Positions 29,106 through 38,919 of a stretch of DNA of 64,000 nt are shown piece by piece; the first letter of the stretch is position 1, and each line of letters opens with the position of its first letter. Source of the stretch: Clostridiales bacterium (lineage in GTDB: Bacteria > Bacillota > Clostridia > Saccharofermentanales > Saccharofermentanaceae); assembly GCA_017513085.1 (NCBI GenBank), contig JAFWDK010000010.1, positions 96,001-160,000 of the forward strand. Reading direction: 5' to 3'. The translations under genes were made by a program, and so were the position numbers. The notes under the pieces were generated by a model, which saw only the letters and a list, made by a program, of their open reading frames with translations, was not told where the DNA came from and searched no databases.

Positions 29106-31367
29106 ATGGCAAGAAAGAGTTCGAAAAAAGATATAAGTGATATGCCGGAAAGAAATTCCCTGAAGGACAAGTCTTCCGGACTTCCGCCGGCGCCGCCGAC
29201 ATTACAGGATATTAACGATACGCTGGAGACGAACTTTATGCCGTACGCCATGAGTATCATCGTGTCCCGTGCGATTCCGGAAATCGACGGATTCAAGCCG
29301 TCTCACAGAAAACTTCTATATACGATGTATAAGATGGGACTTCTTACCGGTAACCGCACCAAGTCGAGTAATGTTGTCGGTCAGACCATGAAACTCAATC
29401 CGCATGGAGATATGGCTATCTATGAGACGATGGTCCGTCTTGCGAGAGGAAACGGATCTTTGCTTCATCCGTATGTGGATTCCAAGGGTAACTTTGGTAA
29501 GCAGTATTCGCGGGATATGCAGTACGCGGCTCCGAGATATACCGAGGTGCGTCTTGAAAAACTGTGTGAAGAGCTTTTCCGCGGTCTGGATAAAAATGCC
29601 GTGGATTTCGTTGATAACTATGATGGTACGATGAAAGAACCGGTTTTGCTTCCGGCTTCTTACCCGTCGATCCTGGTTAACAATAATCAGGGTATTGCTG
29701 CCGGTATGGCTTCTAATATCTGCTCCTTCAATATTCGGGAAGTGTGTGAGGCAACGATAGCCTATATGAAGGATCCGACCACGGATATCCTTGAGATCAT
29801 GCCGGCGCCGGATTTCCCTGGTGGAGGAACGATCCTGTACGATGAAGCTTCTATGCGTGCGATCTATGAAAGCGGTCGTGGCCCGGTACGTATCCGTTCG
29901 AAGTATTTTGCCGATAAATCCAATAATCTGATCGAAGTAACGCAGATCCCTTATACTACTACAGCGGAGGCGGTGATCGATGAGATCACGGAACTCGTGA
30001 AGAGCGGCAAGGTCAAGGAGATCAATGATGTTCGTGATGAGACGGACCTCGATGGTCTTAAGATCTGTATCGAGTGCAAGCGGGGAACGGATCTGGATGC
30101 ACTGATGACGAAGCTTTTCCGTTTTACCAGACTTGAGGATACTTTCTCCTGCAACTTTAATGTTCTGATCAATGGTTACCCGAGAGTTTTGGGCGTGCAG
30201 CAGCTTTTGGCCGAGTGGATCGTCTGGAGAAGAGCTTGTCAGAAACGTGAACTGGTCTATGAGTTGGATAAGAAGAAGGATAAGCTTCATCTTCTTGATG
30301 GTTTGGCGAAGATACTTCTGGATATAGATAAGGCGATTGCGATCATCCGTAATACCGAATTGGAAGAGGATGTAGTGCCTAACCTCATGCAGGGTTTTGA
30401 TATAGACAGCATCCAGGCGGAGTATGTGGCTGAGATCAAACTTCGTAATATCAACCGGGAATATATCCTGAAGCGTACGGCTGACCGTGAAGACCTGATC
30501 AAGGAGATCAAGGATCTCGAAGATACGATCAAGAGTCCGGCGCGCATCGATGCCAGAATTATCAAAGGCCTGGAGAACGTTGCGAAAAAGTATGGTCAGG
30601 AAAGACGATCCGAATTGCTTAAGGCGGAAGAAGCGGTAACATTCAACGATCAGAATATGATCGAGGACTATCGCCTGAAGCTTTTCCTTTCTGACCATGG
30701 CTACATAAAGAAGATTGCATTGACGTCTCTTCGCAACGCAGGAGATTTGAAGATCAAGGAAGACGATACGATCGTAATGGAACTTGAAGGTACGAATAAA
30801 TCAGAGATCCTGTTCTTCTCGGATAAGGCGAACTGCTATAAGATCCGTGCCCATGAGCTTCCGGATACTAAGCCTTCCGAATATGGCGGATATCTGCCGA
30901 ATGTGCTGCAGATGGAAGAGAATGAAAAGATAGTCTTTATGCATATTACGGATGACTATAAGGGCAATGTGCTTTTTGCTTTTGAAAACGGTAAGATCTC
31001 GAAGATTCCGATGGCGGCATATGAGACGAAGCAGAATCGAAAGAAACTGATCCATGCTTATAGTGATCTTTCTCCGATCGTAAGTATCCATTACATTACG
31101 GAAGATATCACAATGGCTGCTTTTTCCAATCTGCGGAAAGCTATTGTTTTTGACACGTCGCTGATCCCGCTTAAGACGACACGTTCATCTCAAGGTGTTC
31201 AGGTCCTGACATCCAAGAGGGGAAGTGTGTTGACCGAGGTGAAGAGATTGGAGGATACCGGTTTTACGGATCCTGAGTATTATCGCATACGTCGTATTCC
31301 TGCGATCGGCTATTATCTTAAGGAGGATACGATCGAGGATCGTCAGATCACATTAGGAGATTTGTAA
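29106..31367 (+). CDS. parC: Type IIA topoisomerase A subunit (topo IV ParC-like / GyrA family)
   Basis: DGFKP, NPHGD, catalytic APRYTE; short CTD without a canonical GyrA box. Confidence 0.85.
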   Translation: MARKSSKKDISDMPERNSLKDKSSGLPPAPPTLQDINDTLETNFMPYAMSIIVSRAIPEIDGFKPSHRKLLYTMYKMGLLTGNRTKSSNVVGQTMKLNPHGDMAIYETMVRLARGNGSLLHPYVDSKGNFGKQYSRDMQYAAPRYTEVRLEKLCEELFRGLDKNAVDFVDNYDGTMKEPVLLPASYPSILVNNNQGIAAGMASNICSFNIREVCEATIAYMKDPTTDILEIMPAPDFPGGGTILYDEASMRAIYESGRGPVRIRSKYFADKSNNLIEVTQIPYTTTAEAVIDEITELVKSGKVKEINDVRDETDLDGLKICIECKRGTDLDALMTKLFRFTRLEDTFSCNFNVLINGYPRVLGVQQLLAEWIVWRRACQKRELVYELDKKKDKLHLLDGLAKILLDIDKAIAIIRNTELEEDVVPNLMQGFDIDSIQAEYVAEIKLRNINREYILKRTADREDLIKEIKDLEDTIKSPARIDARIIKGLENVAKKYGQERRSELLKAEEAVTFNDQNMIEDYRLKLFLSDHGYIKKIALTSLRNAGDLKIKEDDTIVMELEGTNKSEILFFSDKANCYKIRAHELPDTKPSEYGGYLPNVLQMEENEKIVFMHITDDYKGNVLFAFENGKISKIPMAAYETKQNRKKLIHAYSDLSPIVSIHYITEDITMAAFSNLRKAIVFDTSLIPLKTTRSSQGVQVLTSKRGSVLTEVKRLEDTGFTDPEYYRIRRIPAIGYYLKEDTIEDRQITLGDL

Positions 31368-31370
31368 TAC

Positions 31371-33242
31371 ATGATGGAGTTTGGAGGCAATACGGTTCGC
31401 ATGGAGAGACCACGTCCGATCGGTACGTGGGTCTTGATCTTCATTGGATTGATCTGTATTACCTCGCTCCTTGGCATTATGATATTTGTATCCAACAGTA
31501 ATGAGAGGATCGCCAGAATAATGCCGAAATTCGAGTCGGCGCTGGAAAAGCGTGACTATGCGCTGGCTCTTTCGATGTATCGGGATATCAATGACGTTAT
31601 CATTAACCGTGATCCGGGAGATACGACAGATGCTTCTGACGAGTATGAGATCCTGAATCAGATGGAAATGCAGGTTAATGAACGTGTAAGCAGCATCGAG
31701 AACAAGATACGCTATGAGAGATATACTCCTTCTAAGGATGATATTGCATTTTTGGAGGGATTAGGTGAGCTGACGGGAGCAAGAATGACCATATGGCTTA
31801 CTGATCTTTGCGAAGAGTTTTTGCTGGGTACGATTGAAAAACCGACGTTGACGTTTATCTTCCAGAAACTGGAGAACCTGAGTAATCTTTCTGCGGCGGC
31901 GCGTCCTCTTCGAATCGAAGTAGATCAGATCGAGTTGTTCCGGGGAGATGTGCAGACGGCGGAGAGAATGTTTACCGATGGGGAATATATCGAATGCGTC
32001 GAACACTTTGAGTATGTATTGAAGTCTTCGTCGGGATTTGTCAATGATTATTCGAAGAAGAGACTGGAAGAATGCAAAGTTGCAATGTATCAGCCGATGA
32101 TGGAAAAGGCGGATCATCTTCTTGCCACGTTTAAGTATTATTCTGCCGAAGAACTCCTCTCGGATCTTGCCAGAATATTCCCGGAGGACCAGGTCATTCA
32201 GTCGAATCTGTATCTGGCGACGTCTAATACCAGTCATGTAGAAAAGTATACCGGGCCGGTCGAAGTGATCTGTGTGAAACCGTTGATCTCGGATGTTAAA
32301 GTTGCTTTTGAGACGAATTATGTTGCGTCGACGGATTCGTATTATCTGACGACTAAAGAATTCCGCAAGATACTGGAGAGCCTTTATGCGAAGAATTACT
32401 GTCTGATCGATCCTTGCTCGATGGTTGATCTGAGTAATTCGTCATTCCTGAATGTCAAGGATATCATGCTCCCGGAGGGAAAGAAACCATTGGTCGTGAT
32501 CCTTGAGGATTTCTCCTATACAGCATCGAGAAGCAAGATCGGCATGTGCCAGAGACTGGTGCTGAACGATATGGGTCAGGTCTGCGGAGAGTATGTCAGT
32601 GCTTCGGGGCAGACTGTGGTAAGCCGAAATAGTGAAGCGGTAGGAATATTGGATGCTTTTATCGAAGAGCATCCGGACTTTTCCTATAATGGTGTAAAAG
32701 GCGTGATCTCGCTGACCGGTTACCAGTCTGTATTTGGATATGTCACGGATGAAGACCAGGTGGATGACCGCAACAGTGCTTTGAAAACGGCAGGATTAAT
32801 GGAAATATCCCCTTCGGAGAAAGAAATTGAAGATAATCGTGCAATGGTTCTGGCTATCATCGAACAGTTGAAAGACGTCGGTTGGATCATGGGTTCTTCG
32901 ACATACGGTTTTATTAATGCCAACCATTGTGAAATCGGAACGATTACGAACGATACGCAGAAATGGCTGGATCAGGTCGGTCAGTTAACGGGACAGGTGG
33001 ATATTCTGGTTTATCCGAACGGTGATTTTATCCGTGGTTCGGATCCGAGATGCAAATATCTGAAAGAACAGGGCTTCCGTCTTTTCTTTGGTGTAGGACC
33101 TTCGCCGTATTTTACTTATGGTGACAATTACATCTATTTTGACCGATGTATGTTAAATGGCGATACGCTTAGGAGTGTTGACTATTCCAGACTTTTTGAT
33201 GTGAACGAGGTTTACGATGAGAATAGAAAAAAATCACATTAA
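31371..33242 (+). CDS. Membrane-anchored protein with helical region and polysaccharide deacetylase-like C-terminal domain
   Basis: N-terminal TM helix; LPEGKKPLV, HPDFSYNGVKG..LTGY, YPNG. Confidence 0.65.
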   Translation: MMEFGGNTVRMERPRPIGTWVLIFIGLICITSLLGIMIFVSNSNERIARIMPKFESALEKRDYALALSMYRDINDVIINRDPGDTTDASDEYEILNQMEMQVNERVSSIENKIRYERYTPSKDDIAFLEGLGELTGARMTIWLTDLCEEFLLGTIEKPTLTFIFQKLENLSNLSAAARPLRIEVDQIELFRGDVQTAERMFTDGEYIECVEHFEYVLKSSSGFVNDYSKKRLEECKVAMYQPMMEKADHLLATFKYYSAEELLSDLARIFPEDQVIQSNLYLATSNTSHVEKYTGPVEVICVKPLISDVKVAFETNYVASTDSYYLTTKEFRKILESLYAKNYCLIDPCSMVDLSNSSFLNVKDIMLPEGKKPLVVILEDFSYTASRSKIGMCQRLVLNDMGQVCGEYVSASGQTVVSRNSEAVGILDAFIEEHPDFSYNGVKGVISLTGYQSVFGYVTDEDQVDDRNSALKTAGLMEISPSEKEIEDNRAMVLAIIEQLKDVGWIMGSSTYGFINANHCEIGTITNDTQKWLDQVGQLTGQVDILVYPNGDFIRGSDPRCKYLKEQGFRLFFGVGPSPYFTYGDNYIYFDRCMLNGDTLRSVDYSRLFDVNEVYDENRKKSH

Positions 33243-34101
33243 AGTTATAGTTGCTTGTGCTTTGGTCGTGGTGATCATTTCGATGAGTCTGGTTGGCTGT
33301 ATTGATCTTGCGGGCCTTGGTCAGACAAAGCATACGTATATTCCGGTATCGACGGAAGAAGAGTTGTTTGATGTCGTGGAAAATGGTCTGTACCAGTTTG
33401 AGGATACGATGTATATCAAGACTAAATCCTACGAAGCCTTTAAAGTGATGTGGGAAAACCTCGATAAAGCAAATGTTCTGCATACTGTCTTCCGTGAGAA
33501 GTATTATCAGGTACGGTATAAGGCGGTCAAAGACGGCTGCGAAGTACAGTTGGCCATGACTTTAAATCCTTGTGGTTATGCTATGCGGTATCTTTATACT
33601 AAAGCAGACAAGGAATATAGAAATGATAAGGCTAAAGAGGTGGGCGAGAAGATCGAACAGATCAAGGCAGAGATCATCAAGGCAGGCATGTCTGATGAAG
33701 AGAAAGTGCGTGCCATCCATGATTACATCATAAGCCATTACGAATATGCTGTTAACGGGGATGTTAATGATTATGCCCAGACACAAGTGCTTTTTGATCA
33801 GGGAAAAGGGCAATGCCAAGCGTATTCTGAATTGTTTGTGGCACTTTGTCTTCTGAGTGGCGTAGAGGCCAGGATCGTATCCGGTGAATCGTCGTTCGGG
33901 TTCGGCGAAAAGGGCCATGCGTGGTGCCAGGTTAAGCTTGGGCATCTTTGGTATCATATCGATGTGACATGGGATGATCCGATCCCGGATGTTGCGGAAA
34001 TGGTTAGATATGATTACTATCTGAAGGGAGATCCGACAGTTGCCAGAACGCATCAGTGGTCCGAACTTTTCGAAAAATGCTACACGGATTATGGTACATA
34101 A
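33217..34101 (+). CDS. Transglutaminase-like domain lipoprotein
   Basis: LVGC lipobox; GQCQAYS, HAWC and DVTWDD catalytic triad motifs. Confidence 0.88.
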   Translation: MRIEKNHIKVIVACALVVVIISMSLVGCIDLAGLGQTKHTYIPVSTEEELFDVVENGLYQFEDTMYIKTKSYEAFKVMWENLDKANVLHTVFREKYYQVRYKAVKDGCEVQLAMTLNPCGYAMRYLYTKADKEYRNDKAKEVGEKIEQIKAEIIKAGMSDEEKVRAIHDYIISHYEYAVNGDVNDYAQTQVLFDQGKGQCQAYSELFVALCLLSGVEARIVSGESSFGFGEKGHAWCQVKLGHLWYHIDVTWDDPIPDVAEMVRYDYYLKGDPTVARTHQWSELFEKCYTDYGT

Positions 34102-34113
34102 AGTTGAATTTGT
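34098..34113. repeat. Inverted copy of the 16-bp pseudo-palindrome (reverse complement ACAAATTCAACTTTAT)
   Basis: 15/16 identical to 7549-7564; overlaps the stop codon of the transglutaminase gene. Confidence 0.55.
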
Positions 34114-34129
34114 ATTACGAATTTGTATA

Positions 34130-34173
34130 TTTTAAACTTTTTTCTAGACGAAAAAAGTCTAAAAAACTATAAT
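34130..34173 (+). promoter_or_regulatory. SigA promoter with an inverted repeat flanking the -35
   Basis: TAGACG-17-TATAAT; TTTTAAACTTTTTT / AAAAAAGTCTAAAA. Confidence 0.6.
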
Positions 34174-34202
34174 ATAGTTAGGTTTACTATGGGAGGTTCC
34201 AT

Positions 34203-34628
34203 ATGGCTAAGATTGATAAACTGAGTGACTTCATAGTAGAAGAGAAGATCATCTGGTCTGATAAGAAAAGGATTCTTGGCATGCCGATTTCGTTTACCAA
34301 GTATTCTTTCAGCGAAAATCGCCTTTTCGTCCAGCGTGGATTTTTTAAGGTAGTTAAGGATGAACTCCTAATGTACCGTATTCTTGATGTCAGATTGCAG
34401 AGAACTTTCTGGCAGAGACTGTTCCGGGTAGGAACGATTGAATTATCTACGGCTGATAAGTCAACTCCGATCATTTATCTTGAGAATATTTCCAATCCGG
34501 ATCGTACTCGTGATGCTTTGAGTGCGATAGCGGAGAAAGAGCGCGATGAGAAGCGTGTTCTGGGTAAAGAAATGTTTGGTACGGCAAATGACGGCGCGAT
34601 TGCACATGATGCCGGTGTGATGGAATGA
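34203..34628 (+). CDS. Bacterial PH-domain protein
   Basis: FTKYSF..RLFVQRGF..LMYRILDV..FWQRLFRVGTI. Confidence 0.85.
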   Translation: MAKIDKLSDFIVEEKIIWSDKKRILGMPISFTKYSFSENRLFVQRGFFKVVKDELLMYRILDVRLQRTFWQRLFRVGTIELSTADKSTPIIYLENISNPDRTRDALSAIAEKERDEKRVLGKEMFGTANDGAIAHDAGVME

Positions 34629-34668
34629 TACTGTGATGGTGACCAACGACAGATAAAGGGGATGTGTA

Positions 34669-35637
34669 GTGGAAACTAGACTGGATCGATACGAAGGCGC
34701 ACGTGAGAAGAAACTTGAACAGCTTAAGCAGTTGATCAAGGAATCAAATTATGTCGTTTTTCTTGGTGGCGCCGGTGTTTCTACAGAAAGCGGTATACCT
34801 GATTTCCGTAGCGGCGAAGGCATTTTTAATCAGGAAAGCGGACTGTCTTATCGCCCTGTCGATATTATCAGTCATTCGTTTTTTGAAGCGCATCCGGAAG
34901 AATTTTATGATTTCTACCGAAGAAAACTCTGCTATCCGAAGGCGCGTCCGAATAAGGCGCATCGTGCTTTGGTGCGCCTGGAAAAGCAAGGAAAACTGAA
35001 GGCGACGATTACACAGAATATCGATAATCTCCATCAGATGGCCGGAAGTCAGACTACGATCGAGCTTCATGGTTCTGTTTTCAGAAATTATTGTATCGAT
35101 TGTAAAGAAAAATATGATCTCAACTTTATCTTGAAATCTAAAGGTGTACCGAGATGTACGAAGTGCGGCGGCATTGTTCGTCCGGATGTTGTCCTTTATG
35201 AGGAACATCTCGAACATGAGAATATTGATAATGCGGTAAAAGCAATCAAGAAGGCTGACCTTCTGATCATCGGAGGAACGTCTTTGACAGTTTATCCGGC
35301 AGCTACATTTGCGCAGTTTCTGAAGAGCGATCGTGTTGTGATCATTAATAAGAGTTCCACGTATCTTGATCTTCAGGCTATGCTGACGATTCACGATAGT
35401 ATCGGTGATGTCCTGGATACTGTCATTTCAAAATATATTCCGAGAAAGAAACCACAGACCAAGCCGGCATCAAAGACTAAGGCTAAATCAACTGCGTCTT
35501 CTTCCGGATCCAAGGTTTCGTCTTCGGCAAAACCGAAAAAAACGGCATCGGCAAAAGCTGCTGATGGTTCGTCGGCAAAGGCAAAGACGTCTAAAACCAA
35601 GGCTGCTTCGAAACCTAAAAAGAAAGAAAAAGAATAA
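34669..35637 (+). CDS. cobB: NAD-dependent protein deacylase (sirtuin) with Lys/Ala/Ser-rich C-terminal tail
   Basis: GAGVSTESGIPDFRS, TQNIDNLH, ELHGS, CxxC x2, GTSL. Confidence 0.93.
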   Translation: METRLDRYEGAREKKLEQLKQLIKESNYVVFLGGAGVSTESGIPDFRSGEGIFNQESGLSYRPVDIISHSFFEAHPEEFYDFYRRKLCYPKARPNKAHRALVRLEKQGKLKATITQNIDNLHQMAGSQTTIELHGSVFRNYCIDCKEKYDLNFILKSKGVPRCTKCGGIVRPDVVLYEEHLEHENIDNAVKAIKKADLLIIGGTSLTVYPAATFAQFLKSDRVVIINKSSTYLDLQAMLTIHDSIGDVLDTVISKYIPRKKPQTKPASKTKAKSTASSSGSKVSSSAKPKKTASAKAADGSSAKAKTSKTKAASKPKKKEKE

Positions 35638-35641
35638 GGAT

Positions 35642-37486
35642 ATGAGTGAAAAAATTCAAAATCGGGATGCTGAATTTGAAAGAAGAAGCAAAATTCTCGA
35701 TGATTTGTATAAGGATGTGGAGACCACCGCAGATAAGCTTGCAAATCTGCGGGGCTTTTTGTTTATAGCAGTTGTCGTTTTTCTTGTGCTTTTCTTCACG
35801 AAAGAAAGAATGATCTGGAATCTGATCATAGCTTTCGGCTTTTTTGTACTGTTTGTTGTAGTTGCTGCCCGTCATGCCCGATTCAAGAATAAACTTAAGC
35901 GATACAAAGTTCTGAAAGAAATCCATAGTCAATATATAGCAAGAACACAACATGATTTCGGTAAACTGACGGATACCGGGGCAGATCTTCAGGTCGAAAA
36001 ACACCCGTTTTCATCTGACCTGGATCTTTTTGGCGAACGGTCGCTATTCTCTTTGATGTCGGTGGCGCATACTTCCTTCGGCAGATCAACACTCCGCGAT
36101 TGGCTTTTTACAGCAGCTTCGGATGATCCGGACCGTGAACAGATCGTTCTTCGACAAGAAGCAGCTTCTGAGTTTGCTGAGCATCTCGATATGCTTCAGG
36201 ATCTGGAAGCCGATACCAAGATGAATGTTTCCAAACAAGGCTCTCCGCAGGCCCTTCTGGCATATATCGCATCAGATATTTCACAGTTGGATAAGAAAAT
36301 GGTCGTACTTCGCACTGTATGTACTATCCTACTGTGGGTTACTTTTGTGGCGGCTTTGATCATTGGAAAGTGGGCGTTTTTTGCGCCGGCCTTTTTCTTT
36401 GTTGTGCAGCTTATGCTGATGATGCTGTCTTACGGCAAAAACAGTACGATATTTACTCTTGTGGAGAAATTCTTTCCGGAACTTCGCGCGTACTCGAACA
36501 TTTTCACTTCTATTGAGAAGGCAGAAGTGAAGTCGGCTTTTCTGGTAAAACTGAAAGAGCAATTGTATTCCGAAAAGGTAAAAGAAGAGGGAGAGAAAGC
36601 ATCGTCTGCATCGAATCAATTGCAGTCTTTGTATCGGTGCTGTCTTCTGATTCAGGCACGTATGCAGCCTTTGCTGTACTTTGTTCTGAATATGGTTTTT
36701 CCTTTTGATGAACTTTGTATCCATCTTCTTGAAAAATGGAAACATACTTCAGGTAAAGAGATACCGGGTAAATTGAAGGCCATTGGAGAATGGGAAGCTG
36801 CAATGAGTCTGGCAGTAATGCGTTTTATCTATCCGGATGGATGTGTGCCGAAGATCCTGACATCCTCTTTGCCTGTGTTTGAAGCAAAAGAAATGGGACA
36901 TCCGTTGATTCCGGAAAAGAAAGTTGTACGTAATGATTTTTCACTGACAAAAGGATGTGCCATCATTACAGGTTCCAATATGTCTGGAAAAACGACTTTG
37001 CTGCGTACAGTTGGCATCAATATGGTGTTAGCATATGCCGGCGCTGTTTGCCCGACCAGTGAATTGTCTCTTTCGGTCATGAACCTTGGTGCTTCCATGA
37101 GGATCGAAGATAATCTTGGAGAAGGAGTGTCGACTTTCTATGCTGAGCTGATTAAGATCGAGAGGATCATCCGCCTTGCTTCCGGCGATCGTCCGTTATT
37201 GTACCTGATCGATGAGATCTTCCGGGGGACTAATTCAAAGGACCGTACGGATGGGGCTTGGATCGTTCTGAAGAAACTCAACAAACCTTCTATCATCGGA
37301 CTTATGTCGACACACGACTACGAACTTTGTAAGATGAATAGCAACAATGAAGTGAATCTGGTGTATTACCACTTTTCTGAATATTACGATGATGAAGGCT
37401 TGCATTTTGACTATAAACTGAAAGATGGTATGTCCACTCAGACAAACGCAAAATACCTTATGAAACTGGTTGGTATTGACGATTAG
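35642..37486 (+). CDS. Membrane-associated MutS-related ATPase (MutS domain V)
   Basis: N-terminal TM helices; ITGSNMSGKTT, STFYAEL, IDEIFRGTNS, STHD. Confidence 0.88.
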   Translation: MSEKIQNRDAEFERRSKILDDLYKDVETTADKLANLRGFLFIAVVVFLVLFFTKERMIWNLIIAFGFFVLFVVVAARHARFKNKLKRYKVLKEIHSQYIARTQHDFGKLTDTGADLQVEKHPFSSDLDLFGERSLFSLMSVAHTSFGRSTLRDWLFTAASDDPDREQIVLRQEAASEFAEHLDMLQDLEADTKMNVSKQGSPQALLAYIASDISQLDKKMVVLRTVCTILLWVTFVAALIIGKWAFFAPAFFFVVQLMLMMLSYGKNSTIFTLVEKFFPELRAYSNIFTSIEKAEVKSAFLVKLKEQLYSEKVKEEGEKASSASNQLQSLYRCCLLIQARMQPLLYFVLNMVFPFDELCIHLLEKWKHTSGKEIPGKLKAIGEWEAAMSLAVMRFIYPDGCVPKILTSSLPVFEAKEMGHPLIPEKKVVRNDFSLTKGCAIITGSNMSGKTTLLRTVGINMVLAYAGAVCPTSELSLSVMNLGASMRIEDNLGEGVSTFYAELIKIERIIRLASGDRPLLYLIDEIFRGTNSKDRTDGAWIVLKKLNKPSIIGLMSTHDYELCKMNSNNEVNLVYYHFSEYYDDEGLHFDYKLKDGMSTQTNAKYLMKLVGIDD

Positions 37487-37560
37487 TGTATATTAATGGT
37501 ATCTTGTTAAAATGCAAGATGATGATAGAATAGTTGCAAAAAGAAGAGAGGAAGTTCACC

Positions 37561-38808
37561 ATGATTTCTTATACTGAACAGATGAATTATTTTGGAAATA
37601 CCGATCCTGAGGCTCTGGCCAAGAAGTATGGCACGCCTTTGTATGTATATAACGAAAATATTCTTAGAAGACAGATGAAGCGTGTGGCGGGCATCCTCCC
37701 CAATCATCGGTTCACATCGAATTTTTCTATCAAGACAAATTCTAATCTGACTATCTTGAAGATGGCTTTTGAGGAAGGCTTGAATGCTGATGCGATGAGT
37801 CCGGGTGAGATCTTCGTTCTCAAGAAGGCCGGATTCCCGAGCGAACGTATCTTTTATGTCCCGAACAACGTTTCTGAGGAAGAGATGCAGTATGCCATTG
37901 ATGAGGGTGTTATGACCAGCCTTGACAGTCTGTCACAGTTGGAAATGTATGGTAGACTTTGCCCGGGTGGCCGTGTTTCTGTAAGATTGAATCCCGGAGT
38001 TGGTGCCGGTCACCATGAGAAGGTCGTTACGGCAGGAAAGAAGACCAAGTTCGGTGTTGCTGCCCAGGATATCGCATTGATCAAGGACGTGGCCAAGAAG
38101 TACGATCTCCATATTGTCGGCTTGAACCAGCATATCGGATCTCTGTTCATGGATTATAAGAATTATCTGGATGCTGTACACAATTTCCTTCACTATGCTG
38201 AAGATTTTGATGAACTCGAATTCCTTGATTTTGGCGGTGGATATGGTACACCGTATCACAAGCTTGAAGGTGAAGCCGAATTTGATATCGAAGCTTTCAA
38301 GGTCGAATTGGACGCATTGCTTCGCGATTGGAAAGAAAAGAGCGGGAAAGATGTGCTTTTCAAGATGGAGCCTGGCCGTTACATCGTTGCTGAAGGCGGC
38401 GTTCTTCTCGGCCGCGTGCATGCCGTAAAGGAGAATTATGGACATAAGTACGTCGGAACTGATGTCGGAATGAATGTGTTGATTCGTCCGGCGCTTTATG
38501 ATTCCTGGCATGATGTTGAGATCTATCGTGACGGAAAGCCTGTTCTTGACGGACAGACCGGTGAATACACGATCGTTGGAAATATCTGTGAAAGTGGAGA
38601 TATCGTTGCTAAAGACAGAGAAATCGTAACTCCGAAAGAGAAGGATATTGTAGTGGTTCTGGATACCGGAGCTTATGGATTTTCAATGAGTTCCAACTAC
38701 AACAACCGGTTGCGCCCGGCAGAAGTCCTTATCACTTCGGATGGCAAAGATGTTCTGATCCGCAGTCGGGAAACGTTTGAAGACCTGATCCGCCACTTTG
38801 ATATTTGA
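37561..38808 (+). CDS. lysA: Diaminopimelate decarboxylase
   Basis: YGTPLYVY, PLP-binding Lys (SIKTN), HIGS, EPGRY, CESGD, GAYG..MSSNYN. Confidence 0.96.
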   Translation: MISYTEQMNYFGNTDPEALAKKYGTPLYVYNENILRRQMKRVAGILPNHRFTSNFSIKTNSNLTILKMAFEEGLNADAMSPGEIFVLKKAGFPSERIFYVPNNVSEEEMQYAIDEGVMTSLDSLSQLEMYGRLCPGGRVSVRLNPGVGAGHHEKVVTAGKKTKFGVAAQDIALIKDVAKKYDLHIVGLNQHIGSLFMDYKNYLDAVHNFLHYAEDFDELEFLDFGGGYGTPYHKLEGEAEFDIEAFKVELDALLRDWKEKSGKDVLFKMEPGRYIVAEGGVLLGRVHAVKENYGHKYVGTDVGMNVLIRPALYDSWHDVEIYRDGKPVLDGQTGEYTIVGNICESGDIVAKDREIVTPKEKDIVVVLDTGAYGFSMSSNYNNRLRPAEVLITSDGKDVLIRSRETFEDLIRHFDI

Positions 38809-38919
38809 ATAAATTGACTAGAAATGCCTTAAAATATCAAGAGAATTTAGTATAAATGTCTTGTAACCGACCGCCCCTTGAATTATAATTTTAGCAGGCA
38901 TAATTTCGTGGGGGTGCAT

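Noticed and set aside
35405-35641. Arg-rich N-terminal extension of the MutS-like ORF
   Set aside because: Alternative frame of the sirtuin tail; the true start is ATG 35642 after an AAGGA RBS
37487-37560. Lysine riboswitch before lysA, or T-box before argS (44500-44590)
   Set aside because: Leaders too short, and no T-box or riboswitch consensus seen
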